64,000 nt of DNA from Octopus sinensis. Taxonomy: Eukaryota. This document shows positions 62,646-64,000 of the stretch, piece by piece. The DNA is taken from positions 90,272,001 through 90,336,000 of the forward strand of contig NC_043004.1 in NCBI RefSeq assembly GCF_006345805.1, read 5' to 3'. The notes beneath the pieces are model-generated. The model was not told where the DNA came from. It saw only the letters and a program-made list of their open reading frames with translations, and did no database searches. The translations under genes were made by a program, and so were the position numbers. Numbering within the stretch: the first letter of the stretch is position 1; the number at the start of each line of letters is the position of its first letter.

Positions 62646-63589
62646 AATTTAAATCTATGCTTCATGCCTTGTTATATGTACTGGCCCTTGAAAAAAACTT
62701 AAAGACCAATTTGCTTTTTATTTCCAAAGAAGTTAGGAGAACCTGAAACTCACTATTCTCTACCAAGAAAGCCATATACAGGATATGATAATATTGTTTT
62801 AGTCATTGATAATTATTTTATGTTCTCCAAATAAACATATGTGTATGTACTATCTCTTATCACAATTATTCTCAACTATTTCTGTGACCTGTGCCTCTCC
62901 TCACCTACTTCTTGAAAACAGCAGCAAGTACCCCAAGACCTCCAAACCATCTGCTTTTCCTCCTCCTACTCTTTAAAGCAAATCTTTATCTATTCTCAGA
63001 GTTGTTTATAGCCATCCAGATACAGGAGTAAAAAAAAAAGAAGTCTTTTCTGCTCTAATTACTAGATTTATCATTTCCACTAGTAATTTTTACATATTTT
63101 AAAGCTACTTACAACTTGTTAAAATAAAAACTATAATTTTTCTTTCAGATTTTAAAACGGAAAAATATTTCATGTTCCCTCCCTTTAAGTATTTTTTCCA
63201 CCCCTGTTTTCACTTCACTTTCTTGGGGTGCATTCTCTGACCCTGGACTTCATTGAGTTTAAGAACCACGAACTGGGTACTAGTTTTCATACATATTTCA
63301 GACATTGTAATAATTTTTAAGGGTAGTGGTAGGGGAATTGAGTGACCTGTAGTATTTTGTTATATTCTGAGTTCTGGTTTCAAATCCAGCCAGATAAAAT
63401 TTTGACTTTTGTCCTTCTAAAGGTTAATTAAATCAAAAATATGCCCACTCTTTCTCTCTCTCTCTTTTTCTCCTTCCTCCCTGTTTACCCCCTCCCTCAC
63501 ATCCTTCTCCTCTTTAACAATGACTTTACTCCTGCCTGCAACAACACATTTAACGACAGCTGGTAAGTCTGTTGAATTTCAACTGTTGT

Positions 63590-63822
63590 TATTTCTTTAT
63601 TGCCCACAAGGGGCTAAACACAGAGGGGACAAACAAGGACAGACAAACGGATTAAGTTGATTACATCGACCCCAGTGCATAAATGGTACTTAATTTATCG
63701 ACCCCGAAAGGATGAAAGGCAAAGTGGACCTTGGCGGAATTTGAACTCAGAACGTAACGGCAGACGAAATACAGCTACGCATTTCGCCCGGCGCGCTAAC
63801 GACTCTGCCAGCTCGCCGCCTT
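63590..63822 (-). mobile_element. SINE B, full length, 20-bp TSD
   Basis: TSD TGTTGAATTT(C/T)AACTGTTGT at 63570-63589 and 63824-63843. Another partial copy lies at ~61915..62072. Confidence 0.92.
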
Positions 63823-64000
63823 TTGTTGAATTTTAACTGTTGTATTGCATCAACACTTGCCCCCTCTACCTAAGAAGAATGACTTTATATGATCATTCAA
63901 CTTGCTAAATACAGCAGCCAAGTACCTCTCCAATCCAAATGATACTGTCTTTAAAAAAATGCATATTAGATAATCTTCTTTTGATTATAAATTTCTTCCA

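Overview
This is AT-rich, repeat-saturated eukaryotic DNA. The SINE/LINE repertoire and (TA)n/(TAA)n/(ATCT)n microsatellites point to an octopus genome (inference, not checked against a database). No complete protein-coding gene is visible, and almost all ORF-track entries are microsatellite or repeat artefacts. Identified content: (1) three tRNA-headed SINE families, which I label A, B and C, some with clear target-site duplications (TSDs); (2) fragments of RTE, R4/Dong-like, HERO-like, Tx1/L1-like, CR1/L2-like and another RLE-type LINE; (3) a decayed mariner with both terminal inverted repeats (TIRs); (4) a Helitron Rep fragment, a complete non-autonomous Helitron, a Helentron-type element and TTAA piggyBac-type MITEs; (5) a 100-N assembly gap. 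The most notable signal is a dense set of sequence-unrelated type I hammerhead ribozyme motifs. Three have an intact core and cleavage triplet, two carry point changes, and several more are decayed. Most lie in short non-coding elements embedded in (TA)n tracts, resembling Penelope-derived or retrozyme-like elements. Other signals are a phase-compatible chain of 18/77/21-nt candidate exons in a CpG-retaining island at about 46-51 kb, a variable hairpin-array in the RTE 3' UTR, and several long fold-back structures. All calls were made by eye, and many repeat boundaries are approximate.
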